From assembly GCA_040876835.1 (NCBI GenBank), contig JBBDOX010000010.1, forward strand, positions 8,230-72,229: a DNA stretch of 64,000 bases. The letters are read 5' to 3'. The position numbers and the translations under genes were made by a program. Below the pieces are notes generated by a model. It saw only the letters and a program-made list of their open reading frames with translations, was not told where the DNA came from and ran no database searches. The stretch comes from Candidatus Anderseniibacteriota bacterium (lineage in GTDB: Bacteria; Patescibacteriota; Andersenbacteria; UBA10190). The stretch's first letter is position 1. Every line of letters begins with the position of its first letter. This document shows, piece by piece, positions 29,275 to 37,577 of this stretch.

Positions 29275-31041
29275 ATGGCCGAAGCATCAAACCAGCAGCC
29301 AACGGGGCCTACTTCGCAATCTTCATTGCCTGTTGGTCCTCCGCCACCTCCTGTGAGACCCGCAGCAGCTTCTGAGCCGCAGCCTACAAACGAACCTATA
29401 CGCCTTCCTGTCAAAGAAGTAGCTATCCAAACCATGAAGGACGACCTGGGAACCGCCAGTAGCACTTTCCAGGCTTCTGCGGCTCCTTCTACGCAGGGGA
29501 AACCCCTCTCAGCCCCACAACAACCACTCCCTTCTCCTAGCTCTCTACCTTTGCAAGCTCGCAATAAGTCCGAACAGGGCGTTCAGCAGCCTGCAAAGAA
29601 AAAAGGAAGCCATAAAGGGCTGATCATTGCTCTTTTCCTCGGAGTGTTACTTGCTATTGTTGGAACCAGTGGATGGTATATATGGTCCCGGTTCTCGGGA
29701 GAAAGCGGTATTGCTCCTCAATCTACCAGCACTCTATCTGCCGCTGAGATGATTCCTGAAGATGCACGTGTAGTTATAAGGTACCAGTTTACAAATCCTC
29801 AGGATCGCATCGCTTTGCAGGCTATGTGGCAAACAAGCGGAGCTGATAGCTCCACCCCTCTGGGGGATCTCGTTGCCGGAAACCCCATACTTCTTTTGGA
29901 AGTACAGACTATTCAGGAAGTGATGTATGTTCTACTTCCTGACAATACTCGACCATTTATGGTGGTGCCAAGAACAGCAGAAACAGAACAGTTATTGACT
30001 ACAGAAAGCGGAGTCCAGGTTTCGTCTGTAGAGAATTGGATTGTTGCTCACCCGATCAACGCCGGGCTGTATAAAGAAAGTCTTTCACTTGGCTCTCAAG
30101 CCGCCATAGGTGGTTTGCCAGCCTTAGCAGGCGATTCTCATCTCCAGTTTCTTATACAACAGGAGGAATTACAGCAGCTCTCTCAAGCAAAGGCATTTCC
30201 AGATGTAGCATTCTTGCCGAGTCAGACAAGTATTGCTTTGCAGGGAAAATACGATACGGCAACCAATAGCATTCTCTTTACAAGCGGTTCGGATTTCATA
30301 GCTGGCACAAGCACTCCGCTAAAGGAAGGGTTTGTGCCCTTAGTTCCAGCTCAAAGCACGTTTACGCAATTTGGTACGAATTTACAGGAAGACATTGCCA
30401 GCTTGTCGGGGCAGAAGAGTATAGATATTGCCGTACTTGAACAGCCCGCCGTACAACAGTTTGTATCTCAACTCACCACTCCATATGTATATTATCGCTA
30501 TACTAGTCAAGCAGGAGCTGAGAACGCAGCGCTTATTATAGGGTTACCACAGAATACTGCCGCAACACTTGGTCTTGGGGATACCGCGATCGAAACAGGC
30601 CTACGAGCGTTAATTCCTCTGATTGCCGGGCAGGGTAGTGCTACAGTTCCTCAACTAGCGTTTGCTACAGGGGAATACCGTTCAGTGCCACTGCGATACG
30701 TAAACCTCTCTGGCCAAGATCAGGCTATAGACTATGCGATTATAAATAACTACCTGCTCGTAGCATCCTCGAAAGACAGCATGTTTGAGCTTATAGATAC
30801 TATTCTAGGTACCGCTCCGGCCTTGGTTAACGAGGAACCCTGGAGAACGGTAATTGCGCAAGGTGGAAATGCAGTCTTTGGTGGGCCAACAATTATAGAC
30901 AATGCTGCTGCTACCTTCTTATCAACGCTACTTCCCTCAAACCCTTCGGGACAGTTTCCCTTTGTAGTAAGCAGACAAAGAGTCGGAGACAGCGTAATTC
31001 TACAAGGCGTACTGTCTCTTTCTGATCAGGTCGCCCGCTAG
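29275..31041 (+). CDS. Hypothetical membrane-anchored protein (Pro-rich N-terminus, TM, DUF3352-like extracellular region)
   Basis: IQTMKDD motif, TM, YRSVPLRYVN...IDYAIINNYLLVASS pattern. Confidence 0.7.
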   Translation: MAEASNQQPTGPTSQSSLPVGPPPPPVRPAAASEPQPTNEPIRLPVKEVAIQTMKDDLGTASSTFQASAAPSTQGKPLSAPQQPLPSPSSLPLQARNKSEQGVQQPAKKKGSHKGLIIALFLGVLLAIVGTSGWYIWSRFSGESGIAPQSTSTLSAAEMIPEDARVVIRYQFTNPQDRIALQAMWQTSGADSSTPLGDLVAGNPILLLEVQTIQEVMYVLLPDNTRPFMVVPRTAETEQLLTTESGVQVSSVENWIVAHPINAGLYKESLSLGSQAAIGGLPALAGDSHLQFLIQQEELQQLSQAKAFPDVAFLPSQTSIALQGKYDTATNSILFTSGSDFIAGTSTPLKEGFVPLVPAQSTFTQFGTNLQEDIASLSGQKSIDIAVLEQPAVQQFVSQLTTPYVYYRYTSQAGAENAALIIGLPQNTAATLGLGDTAIETGLRALIPLIAGQGSATVPQLAFATGEYRSVPLRYVNLSGQDQAIDYAIINNYLLVASSKDSMFELIDTILGTAPALVNEEPWRTVIAQGGNAVFGGPTIIDNAAATFLSTLLPSNPSGQFPFVVSRQRVGDSVILQGVLSLSDQVAR

Positions 31042-31098
31042 AGCCTGATTTAGCTGACGACTTGGAGCCTCTAGTATACACTGAGGCTTTATCTGCCT

Positions 31099-32340
31099 AT
31101 GCGTCTTAGTAATAAAAAAATTGCAATATATATTGCCACTGTTTTAGGAACCACCTTAGTGGTAGGCATACTGCTTTTCTTTTCTTTAAATCGGTCATCG
31201 TGGTTCTTGTTAGGTCTTTTATCAGAAAGCGCTCCATCCTCGCTGACTATAGGGATCAAGCGTCCCACTAATATTTTTTCTGAAAAATTTGAACATGCGT
31301 TAGTACCAGCAGCAATAGTAAATAATAAGTGGCATGCGTATGTGATAGCTCAAGAGGGAGGTAAGGTTTCTGTAGCGGGGGTGGTGAACCCGTTCCATGC
31401 AAAGGAGGTAGCAGAAAATCTGCAAAGGGCTGGAAAAACTGTTAAGCGAATTGGGTGGACCATAGTTATTGCAAAGGAGGGGGAATTAACGCAAGGTACA
31501 TGGCAATATCTTCAGAAAGGAATAAGCAGTTTGGCGCTTCATGTAGCTAAGTATAGGTTTCCGATATGGCCAATGGCTATTGCGAGCATACAAGAGAAAC
31601 AAGCTCCCTATGTTAAATCTGATGTTGTGGCTATGCTTTTGCACGACAATAGAGGAGAGCGCTTAATTGCGAAGGAGCATACTCGCAATTTTGGGGAACT
31701 CAAAAGCGGTTTAGAAAACGGAAGCGAATGGGGCTCATCAATAACCCCTGCGGAAGCAGTAATGGTGGCAGGCTTATCAAGTTTAGAAGTACTCCCAGGT
31801 GCAGTAAAAGATCAGTTAAGCGCATATATAGCAAACCGCTTTTCCTTTACTCATACACGCCCCGCCTTTATAGCGACTATAACCACTCCTGAGCGGGTTG
31901 TATTACTCGCAGAGGGTGAAGATACAATCCTGGGGCTTCAAGGGGCCTCAGAAGCCAACGTGGCAGAGCTGCAGAGGCTTTTTGAGGCAGAAGCTGCTTA
32001 CGATTACCCACAAAGACACACATTCTTACTTCCTGATCGCACGCTTGGATATGAGTACATTCCGAATATTGCGGAAGTCGTCATAGAAGATAGTGCTGCC
32101 CATTCTGCGTGCAAGGCTTTATCTATGCATGGTAGTAAAGTGTGGATATGCAACCAGGCCAATATGCTGTTCGTTACCACATCAATATCCCTGATCGAAC
32201 GAGGGACAGCGTTTCTTTCTGAAAAACAAGAAAGACTAGAGATCACTGACCCCACGTTACTTACTGCGTTCTCAAATTTTGCCCCATCCTTCTTCTTTAC
32301 CAAGACAGAAGAATTTAGCGAAATGAGAATAGGAAAATAG
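31099..32340 (+). CDS. Hypothetical membrane-anchored protein
   Basis: 413-aa ORF with N-terminal TM; LPDRT motif. Confidence 0.68.
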   Translation: MRLSNKKIAIYIATVLGTTLVVGILLFFSLNRSSWFLLGLLSESAPSSLTIGIKRPTNIFSEKFEHALVPAAIVNNKWHAYVIAQEGGKVSVAGVVNPFHAKEVAENLQRAGKTVKRIGWTIVIAKEGELTQGTWQYLQKGISSLALHVAKYRFPIWPMAIASIQEKQAPYVKSDVVAMLLHDNRGERLIAKEHTRNFGELKSGLENGSEWGSSITPAEAVMVAGLSSLEVLPGAVKDQLSAYIANRFSFTHTRPAFIATITTPERVVLLAEGEDTILGLQGASEANVAELQRLFEAEAAYDYPQRHTFLLPDRTLGYEYIPNIAEVVIEDSAAHSACKALSMHGSKVWICNQANMLFVTTSISLIERGTAFLSEKQERLEITDPTLLTAFSNFAPSFFFTKTEEFSEMRIGK

Positions 32341-33024
32341 ACTGTACGTGCCTATACATAGAGACTAACAGGAACACGCAAGTATCAAAACCGATCCCCT
32401 ATGCTTATAGGACTTGGCCAATAGACCCTAGCAATAAGAGAGATAACACCAGCAGAACTTTACATAGAGCAGTACTCAGAAACCAAACCACTTTTCTGTA
32501 TGTGCTTTCTTGTAAGGCAACACAGGAAAGAAAAGGTAGGGCAAGGGGTAAGGCTAAGACAAGGGTTGAGGAACGCTTTGAATCGGGAGCCTCTTACTAG
32601 AATGGAGAAAAATCGAGGCAAGAGTCGGCGAGAGTACGAGAAGTTCTTCTATAATCAAGTCGCAGAAGGAGGTTTATGGAAGGCTATCCATAAATTGAAA
32701 GATCTAAAAGACTTTTACAAGAAATAACCCAGCGTCAGCTGGTCGTAAGGGGCAGAAAGTAGGATCTCTACAGGTATGTGTGTGGGAAGCGAAGATGTCT
32801 ATCGTGTTGTGCGCCTGAACTTCACGTCTCCTGCGCAGTAGTTTAAGAAAGAGACCCAAAAGACAGACCTATCCTAAGATTTTCAAGCAGGGGAAGGGTG
32901 TAAAGAGGGAATAAAATGCATACAGTAAAGGAACATATGATCGTATTTATTGCGGGTAACATATATGTTCAAAAATCATGTTCAATCGCTTTACCGAGGG
33001 GTAAAAACATGCTATACTTCACCT

Positions 33025-33600
33025 ATCACTAAGCACTCTCGGGCGCTTAGGAATACAAAAAAGCGAAACAAACAGCCACCACGACCCTGAAGAGAATACC
33101 TCGCGTATAGCATGCAGGGTCGACACAATTCCTGAACACTACAACTGAATATCCACACTTCTACTAAGGGGACGGGGGGCGCGGTTAGGGAGTATTTCCC
33201 CCTATACTCCCTAAGCGTGCTTCCCTAACTTAGGAGAAGTACATCCTCCACTTTGAGGACGTGGTGACCTACGTCGCCCTCAAACATCAAACATAAAAAC
33301 GTTCAAACACACGGTTAGAACATTTGTACTTTCTAGCAGAGATGGTTACATCAGCATCAAACTACATTAAGATGAGTAACCGGAACTGCAATCAAGGTGA
33401 AGGAACATTCCATTTCGTAGGATGTGGGATAGATGCACTTAGTCCTTGCTTGTAACATTGGTAATAATGGTCGGTGCTGGATCGGTTCCAGCTTCGTGAA
33501 AGCGGTTCGTCACCGACCATTTTGCCTTCGGGCGAGGGCCTTACAGGTCCGCACGGTCAATTATTTATTTTTTGCCGGATGTCGGGCCTGTTTCATTTTA
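33025..33600 (+). ncRNA. Candidate large structured non-coding RNA (about 570 nt), family unknown
   Basis: TTTACC-17-(TG)cTATACT promoter at 32990-33018; about ten consecutive helices with G-U pairs, A/C-rich linkers, UUCG and GAAA tetraloops; no credible ORF. Confidence 0.62.
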
Positions 33601-33640
33601 TTGAAAGCGTTATAATAGTATCTATTGATTTTGAATATAT

Positions 33641-34000
33641 ATGTCTATGAATAACGACTCAGCTCACTCTCGCGAATTTATCGAAGAAATGAAAAAAGCT
33701 CTATTAAGAGAAAGACAGGACATTAGCAGCGAACTGAAGGGACTTGCCCATAAGGAGAAAGGAGACTTTCAAGCGAATTTTCCCGACTATGGCCGTAATG
33801 ATGAAGAGAGTGTTTCTGAGTTTTCTGACTATGAGGCAGCAAATGCTACAACTGAAGCCATAGAGGCTCGTCTAAAAGATATTGAAGCTGCTATTGAGCG
33901 CATTGAGCGGGGCACATACGGAACTACCGATGAGGGAGAAATTATTCCCGAAGCTCGCTTGCGAGCTAATCCGGCAGCCACCACCCTTGTTGGTAAGTAG
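33641..34000 (+). CDS. DksA/TraR-family protein lacking the Cys4 zinc finger
   Basis: Coiled coil, L.DIEAAIERIERGTYG...GE.IPEARL.A.P.AT; upstream of lspA. Confidence 0.85.
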   Translation: MSMNNDSAHSREFIEEMKKALLRERQDISSELKGLAHKEKGDFQANFPDYGRNDEESVSEFSDYEAANATTEAIEARLKDIEAAIERIERGTYGTTDEGEIIPEARLRANPAATTLVGK

Positions 34001-34454
34001 GTCAACGGTTTTTATCTTGATCGCTATTCTTCTTCTTGCAGGAGATTTTTGGGCTAAGCAGTATTTCTTTGATCACAAAGACCAAGCCTATTCGTTGCTA
34101 GGCAGTCAGCTGGTTTTGCAATTTCAAGCTAATGAGGGCTTGCTAGCAGGGTTGTCTTACTCTCAGGGGTTATTAATTGGAGTTATTTGTCTGAGTATTT
34201 TCTTTGGGTTGCTCATTATCGATTCGTTTAGGAAGAAGAGGAGAGAACCGCTAGTACTCGTTTTATTAGGCGGGCTAGGGAATATGTTCGATCGAGTTAC
34301 GCATGGGCAGGTGATTGATTACATACACCTTAACCGACTGGAGTATAATATTGCAGACGCACTGATTGTTATTGGAGTAGTATGGTATATTCTCACTCTA
34401 TTTTCGGTTAACGATAGTTTGGCTAAAGATATGCGAAAGAGTGAGCAGTTATAA
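33987..34454 (+). CDS. lspA: Lipoprotein signal peptidase II
   Basis: D..AK, N.G, GGLGNMFDR, VIDYI, YNIAD; start (TTG) uncertain. Confidence 0.88.
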   Translation: MLVSRSTVFILIAILLLAGDFWAKQYFFDHKDQAYSLLGSQLVLQFQANEGLLAGLSYSQGLLIGVICLSIFFGLLIIDSFRKKRREPLVLVLLGGLGNMFDRVTHGQVIDYIHLNRLEYNIADALIVIGVVWYILTLFSVNDSLAKDMRKSEQL

Positions 34455-34526
34455 AGTAGTGCTGCTAGATTTCGTTTGATGCAATCGAAAATGGTACAAT
34501 ATTAACCAGGAGGGATTTTTTATTAT

Positions 34527-35423
34527 ATGAATCGATACTCATCCCAAACTATTTTTCATTCATTTGTGTATGGTGGCGCTTCTGTTTTGCTCGCCCTCGA
34601 CTTATTTTATTTGGTTAAGTCGCTTTTCCAGGCCAACTTCGTACCGATAGTGCCCATTGTTGCCGGCATCTTTATCACTACCGGTCTTTTACTGGTTGTG
34701 TATGCTGAGCACCAAGCTCGTAAGCAAGCCAGAGCGGAATTACGCCGTTTATCTCGAGTGGCCCATCAACTAGAGAGTCCGCTTCATGCTCTACAGGAAG
34801 ATTTGCAGCAACTTATAGCCCAGTCTAACAGTTTACCCGCAGAAGCTCGCCTTAAACTTAAACGGATGGATACAAAGTCACGTATTTTGCTCGATAATAT
34901 TCGTGACGTCTTCTTAATACTGCGAGCTCAGCATGGGAAGATAGTACAGGATCTAAAAACATACGACGCATGTAAGTTAGTTGAAGAGGCCGTAGAGCGG
35001 GTGACACCTCTAGCCTCGGCTCGTAATGTAGAAATACTTCAAAAGACGCACTGTGAGCATGCCGCTGTAGTTGTTGATCGCTCGTTATTCTTTATCGCTC
35101 TCGGGCACCTTCTGGAAAATGCTGTGTTATATACATTAACACCAGGCATGTTGAATATTTCGATTATAAAAGGAAAAATGCATGTACGAATAATCGTGCA
35201 GGATCGAGGGGTTGGCGTTAAAGAAAAAGATGCGCCTGCAATTTTGCTACCATTTGCACGTGGTGATAAGGCTGATCAATTTGATCCCGATGGTATCGGC
35301 GTAGGGCTAACTCTAACTAACCATATCATGAAGGAGTTTCAGGGCGCTCTTCTCTGGCGGCCAAGAGGAAATACAGCTGGAACTGAATTTGAAATGAGGC
35401 TGCCTCTTGCTAAAACAAGCTAG
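34527..35423 (+). CDS. Sensor histidine kinase (2 TM, HisKA plus HATPase)
   Basis: VAHQLESPL H-box, LLENAVLYT, VQDRGVG, GIGVGL. Confidence 0.88.
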   Translation: MNRYSSQTIFHSFVYGGASVLLALDLFYLVKSLFQANFVPIVPIVAGIFITTGLLLVVYAEHQARKQARAELRRLSRVAHQLESPLHALQEDLQQLIAQSNSLPAEARLKLKRMDTKSRILLDNIRDVFLILRAQHGKIVQDLKTYDACKLVEEAVERVTPLASARNVEILQKTHCEHAAVVVDRSLFFIALGHLLENAVLYTLTPGMLNISIIKGKMHVRIIVQDRGVGVKEKDAPAILLPFARGDKADQFDPDGIGVGLTLTNHIMKEFQGALLWRPRGNTAGTEFEMRLPLAKTS

Positions 35424-35465
35424 AGCCTTGCGAGATACCGAGTAAGACCGTATAAAGAGGAAACC

Positions 35466-35539
35466 GCACCCGTAGCTCAATTGGATAGAGCGTTGGTCTT
35501 CGGAACCAAAGGTTGCACGTTCGAGCCGTGCCGGGTGCA
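35466..35539 (+). tRNA. tRNA-Arg(TCG)
   Basis: GCACCCG/CGGGTGC acceptor stem, TTGGT-CT-TCG-GA-ACCAA anticodon arm. Confidence 0.96.
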
Positions 35540-35543
35540 CTTA

Positions 35544-36131
35544 TTATATCAATTCTGTTTTCTCCAGAACGTGGTAAAGCAGAATACTAGTAGAGAGCGC
35601 GACGTTGTGAGAGTTGCCCAGACCAAGGATGGGAATTTCTACAATATGATCAGAAAGATCCAATAGCTCCTGGCGAACCCCTTGGCGCTCATGACCTACT
35701 ATGATTGTTAATGGTAAGCCATATTGCTGAGCCGATAGCTGATGATATGGAATGCTCTTATCGGTTTGTTCTAAAGAAACAACAGTATTACCCTGCTCTT
35801 TTAGCTGCTTAATAAGGGAAACTGGATTCTGGATATACTCCCATGGTTGGTGGGGCAGGGCGTATACGGCAGTTTTGGCAATGCGATGCTCGTGACGGGC
35901 AATAAGTGCCATTGGTCGATCATCGCGCTGTATGCGGGGATGGCCTGTGTAGCCTGTCAGATATATTTTTTCAAGCCGAGCAGTTTCACAAAGGCGAAAG
36001 AGCAAGCCCACATTATCGAGACTGCGCACGTTATCTGTAACTATTGAAATAGGAACACGCCTCATAGACGAAAGCATATCTGGTGCTGGACGTTCATTCA
36101 CTAGATCTTCTGTTGTTTTCTTTGTAACCAT
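35544..36131 (-). CDS. TrmH/SpoU-family RNA methyltransferase
   Basis: DNVRSLDNVG..FR, VGHERQGV, EIPILG...SHNVA SPOUT motifs. Confidence 0.9.
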   Translation of the reverse strand: MVTKKTTEDLVNERPAPDMLSSMRRVPISIVTDNVRSLDNVGLLFRLCETARLEKIYLTGYTGHPRIQRDDRPMALIARHEHRIAKTAVYALPHQPWEYIQNPVSLIKQLKEQGNTVVSLEQTDKSIPYHQLSAQQYGLPLTIIVGHERQGVRQELLDLSDHIVEIPILGLGNSHNVALSTSILLYHVLEKTELI

Positions 36132-36136
36132 TTATC

Positions 36137-36211
36137 TGGGGCGACTAGAGGGAATTGAACCCTCGTCACCGGGACCACAACCCGGGGCTTTACCACTAAG
36201 CTATAGCCGCC
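36137..36211 (-). tRNA. tRNA-His(GTG) with G-1 and encoded CCA
   Basis: G-GCGGCTA/TAGTCGC-C-CCA, CCGGG-TT-GTG-GT-CCCGG. Confidence 0.96.
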
Positions 36212-36277
36212 ATGGTAGGCGTTTTTGCCTAAGATTGTAGCAATTTACCATATTTTCTGGTAAAAACAAGAAATCGC

Positions 36278-36351
36278 GTGCCTGTAGCTCAGTTGGATAG
36301 AGCGAGCGGCTTCTACCCGCTAGGTCGTAGGTTCGAATCCTACCAGGCACA
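36278..36351 (+). tRNA. tRNA-Arg(TCT)
   Basis: GTGCCTG/CAGGCAC acceptor stem, AGCGG-CT-TCT-AC-CCGCT. Confidence 0.96.
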
Positions 36352-36404
36352 CCGTGGAGGGAAGACATCTAGAACATTTAACAACACAGACAGGGAGAAT
36401 TGCC

Positions 36405-37484
36405 ATGCTCGCTCAGCTGCTTGACCTTGGATATCATCGGCTCATTAAGGAGAAGCTGTTCGAACAGTCAAAGGACGACGCTGAGATCGCTCACCGCAAA
36501 GCGATGAGATCGCTCAAGGATCTGAATCGTCATCCTTGGTTGGCAAAAATCTTGCGCTGGAGAATGTGCGGAGATACCCACTACACCAAGAAGCGCATTT
36601 TTGGCTGTATGTGGGACAACCCAGTTGGTCTCGCCGCTGGCTTCGATAAAAACGCGGAAGCGTTGTGGGGCTTGGCAGCCTTGGGATTCGGCTCGCTTGA
36701 TATCGGAGCTGTGCTTCGATTTAAGCAGCTGGGTAACAAGGGAGTCCGCATGAAGCGGGTTCCAAACAGCGAGGACATCAACAACCGGATGGGGTTTAAC
36801 AGCCACGGGTGTCGAAAGGTCAAGAACCGCTTGGAGCACTACGGCCAACTGCCGTTTCCGGTCGGGATCAACATCGGCAAGAACAAGTGGACCCCACTCT
36901 TGTCAGCAGTTGATGACTACTGCCACGTATTGGAGGAACTCTACGAGCTCGTCGACTGGTTCACGATCAATGTGAGTTCTCCAAACACGGAAGGTCTGCG
37001 GGTACTGCAAGAAGCTGGCCGGTTACGACAGCTGCTCGTCGCAGTCATCCAGCTGCGGAACACCCTGTGGCTTCAAACCGGTCTTTACCGAGGCATTGTT
37101 GCCAAGCCGGCAAATGACTTGCCTCGGGAGCAGTTCGAAGCGTTTGTCTGCGTGTGCAAAGAGGTGGGTGTGGACGGGCTGATTATCGGCAACACCTGTA
37201 TGGTCCAGGATGACCAAGGTGTAAGCTGGGGGCGTAGCGGACCGAGCCTGTTTCCTCTGGTGATGGAGAAGGTTTCTCTGGCACGCACGGTTGTCGGTTC
37301 TTCCATGAGCGTTGTGGCTTGCGGCGGGATTAACTCCTCTGACCGTGCACTTGCCGCAATGGAGGTGGCAGGAGCCGATGGAGTACAATTGTTGTCCGCA
37401 CTGCCTCACAAGGGTCCTGGGTTGCCTGCCAGGATTGTTGACAGCTTGCGCATGCGCGCCACGCTTTCGAGAATCGGATCGTAG
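36405..37484 (+). CDS. pyrD: Dihydroorotate dehydrogenase, class 2 (quinone type), GC-rich islet C
   Basis: DAEIAH, NPVGLAAGFDKN, INNRMGFNS, GINIGKNK, INVSSPNT catalytic Ser, CGGI, GADGVQL. Confidence 0.9.
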   Translation: MLAQLLDLGYHRLIKEKLFEQSKDDAEIAHRKAMRSLKDLNRHPWLAKILRWRMCGDTHYTKKRIFGCMWDNPVGLAAGFDKNAEALWGLAALGFGSLDIGAVLRFKQLGNKGVRMKRVPNSEDINNRMGFNSHGCRKVKNRLEHYGQLPFPVGINIGKNKWTPLLSAVDDYCHVLEELYELVDWFTINVSSPNTEGLRVLQEAGRLRQLLVAVIQLRNTLWLQTGLYRGIVAKPANDLPREQFEAFVCVCKEVGVDGLIIGNTCMVQDDQGVSWGRSGPSLFPLVMEKVSLARTVVGSSMSVVACGGINSSDRALAAMEVAGADGVQLLSALPHKGPGLPARIVDSLRMRATLSRIGS

Positions 37485-37515
37485 CCTTCCTGTAGGCTAC
37501 GAGAGGAGGATAATC

Positions 37516-37554
37516 GAGACGTTGCAAAGAGTTTGCGACGTCTTTTCTTTTTTT
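37516..37554 (+). terminator. Intrinsic terminator after pyrD
   Basis: gagacgttgcaaa-gag-tttgcgacgtctt followed by T-run; second hairpin gtagcct/aggctac at 37481-37500. Confidence 0.85.
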
Positions 37555-37577
37555 GCTGTAGTATCCATACTTTCATT

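Noticed and set aside
32500-32727. 75-aa ORF and the 60-aa ORF at 33433-33615
   Set aside because: No recognisable motifs or start signals; the second lies over strongly paired RNA helices
33029-33050. CIRCE-like TAAGCACTC (also TTAGCACTT near 60098)
   Set aside because: Spacing to the second arm is 2 or 7 nt rather than 9, and neither precedes a chaperone gene
33340-33520. Group I or group II intron identity for the large RNA
   Set aside because: Only weak look-alikes (tagtcc; gtgaaagc); no P7 GACU partner, no domain V, no interrupted host gene, no maturase
32341-33640. Large intergenic gap as oriC
   Set aside because: Only one near-match DnaA box (atatccaca near 33150), no box cluster, no dnaA or dnaN nearby
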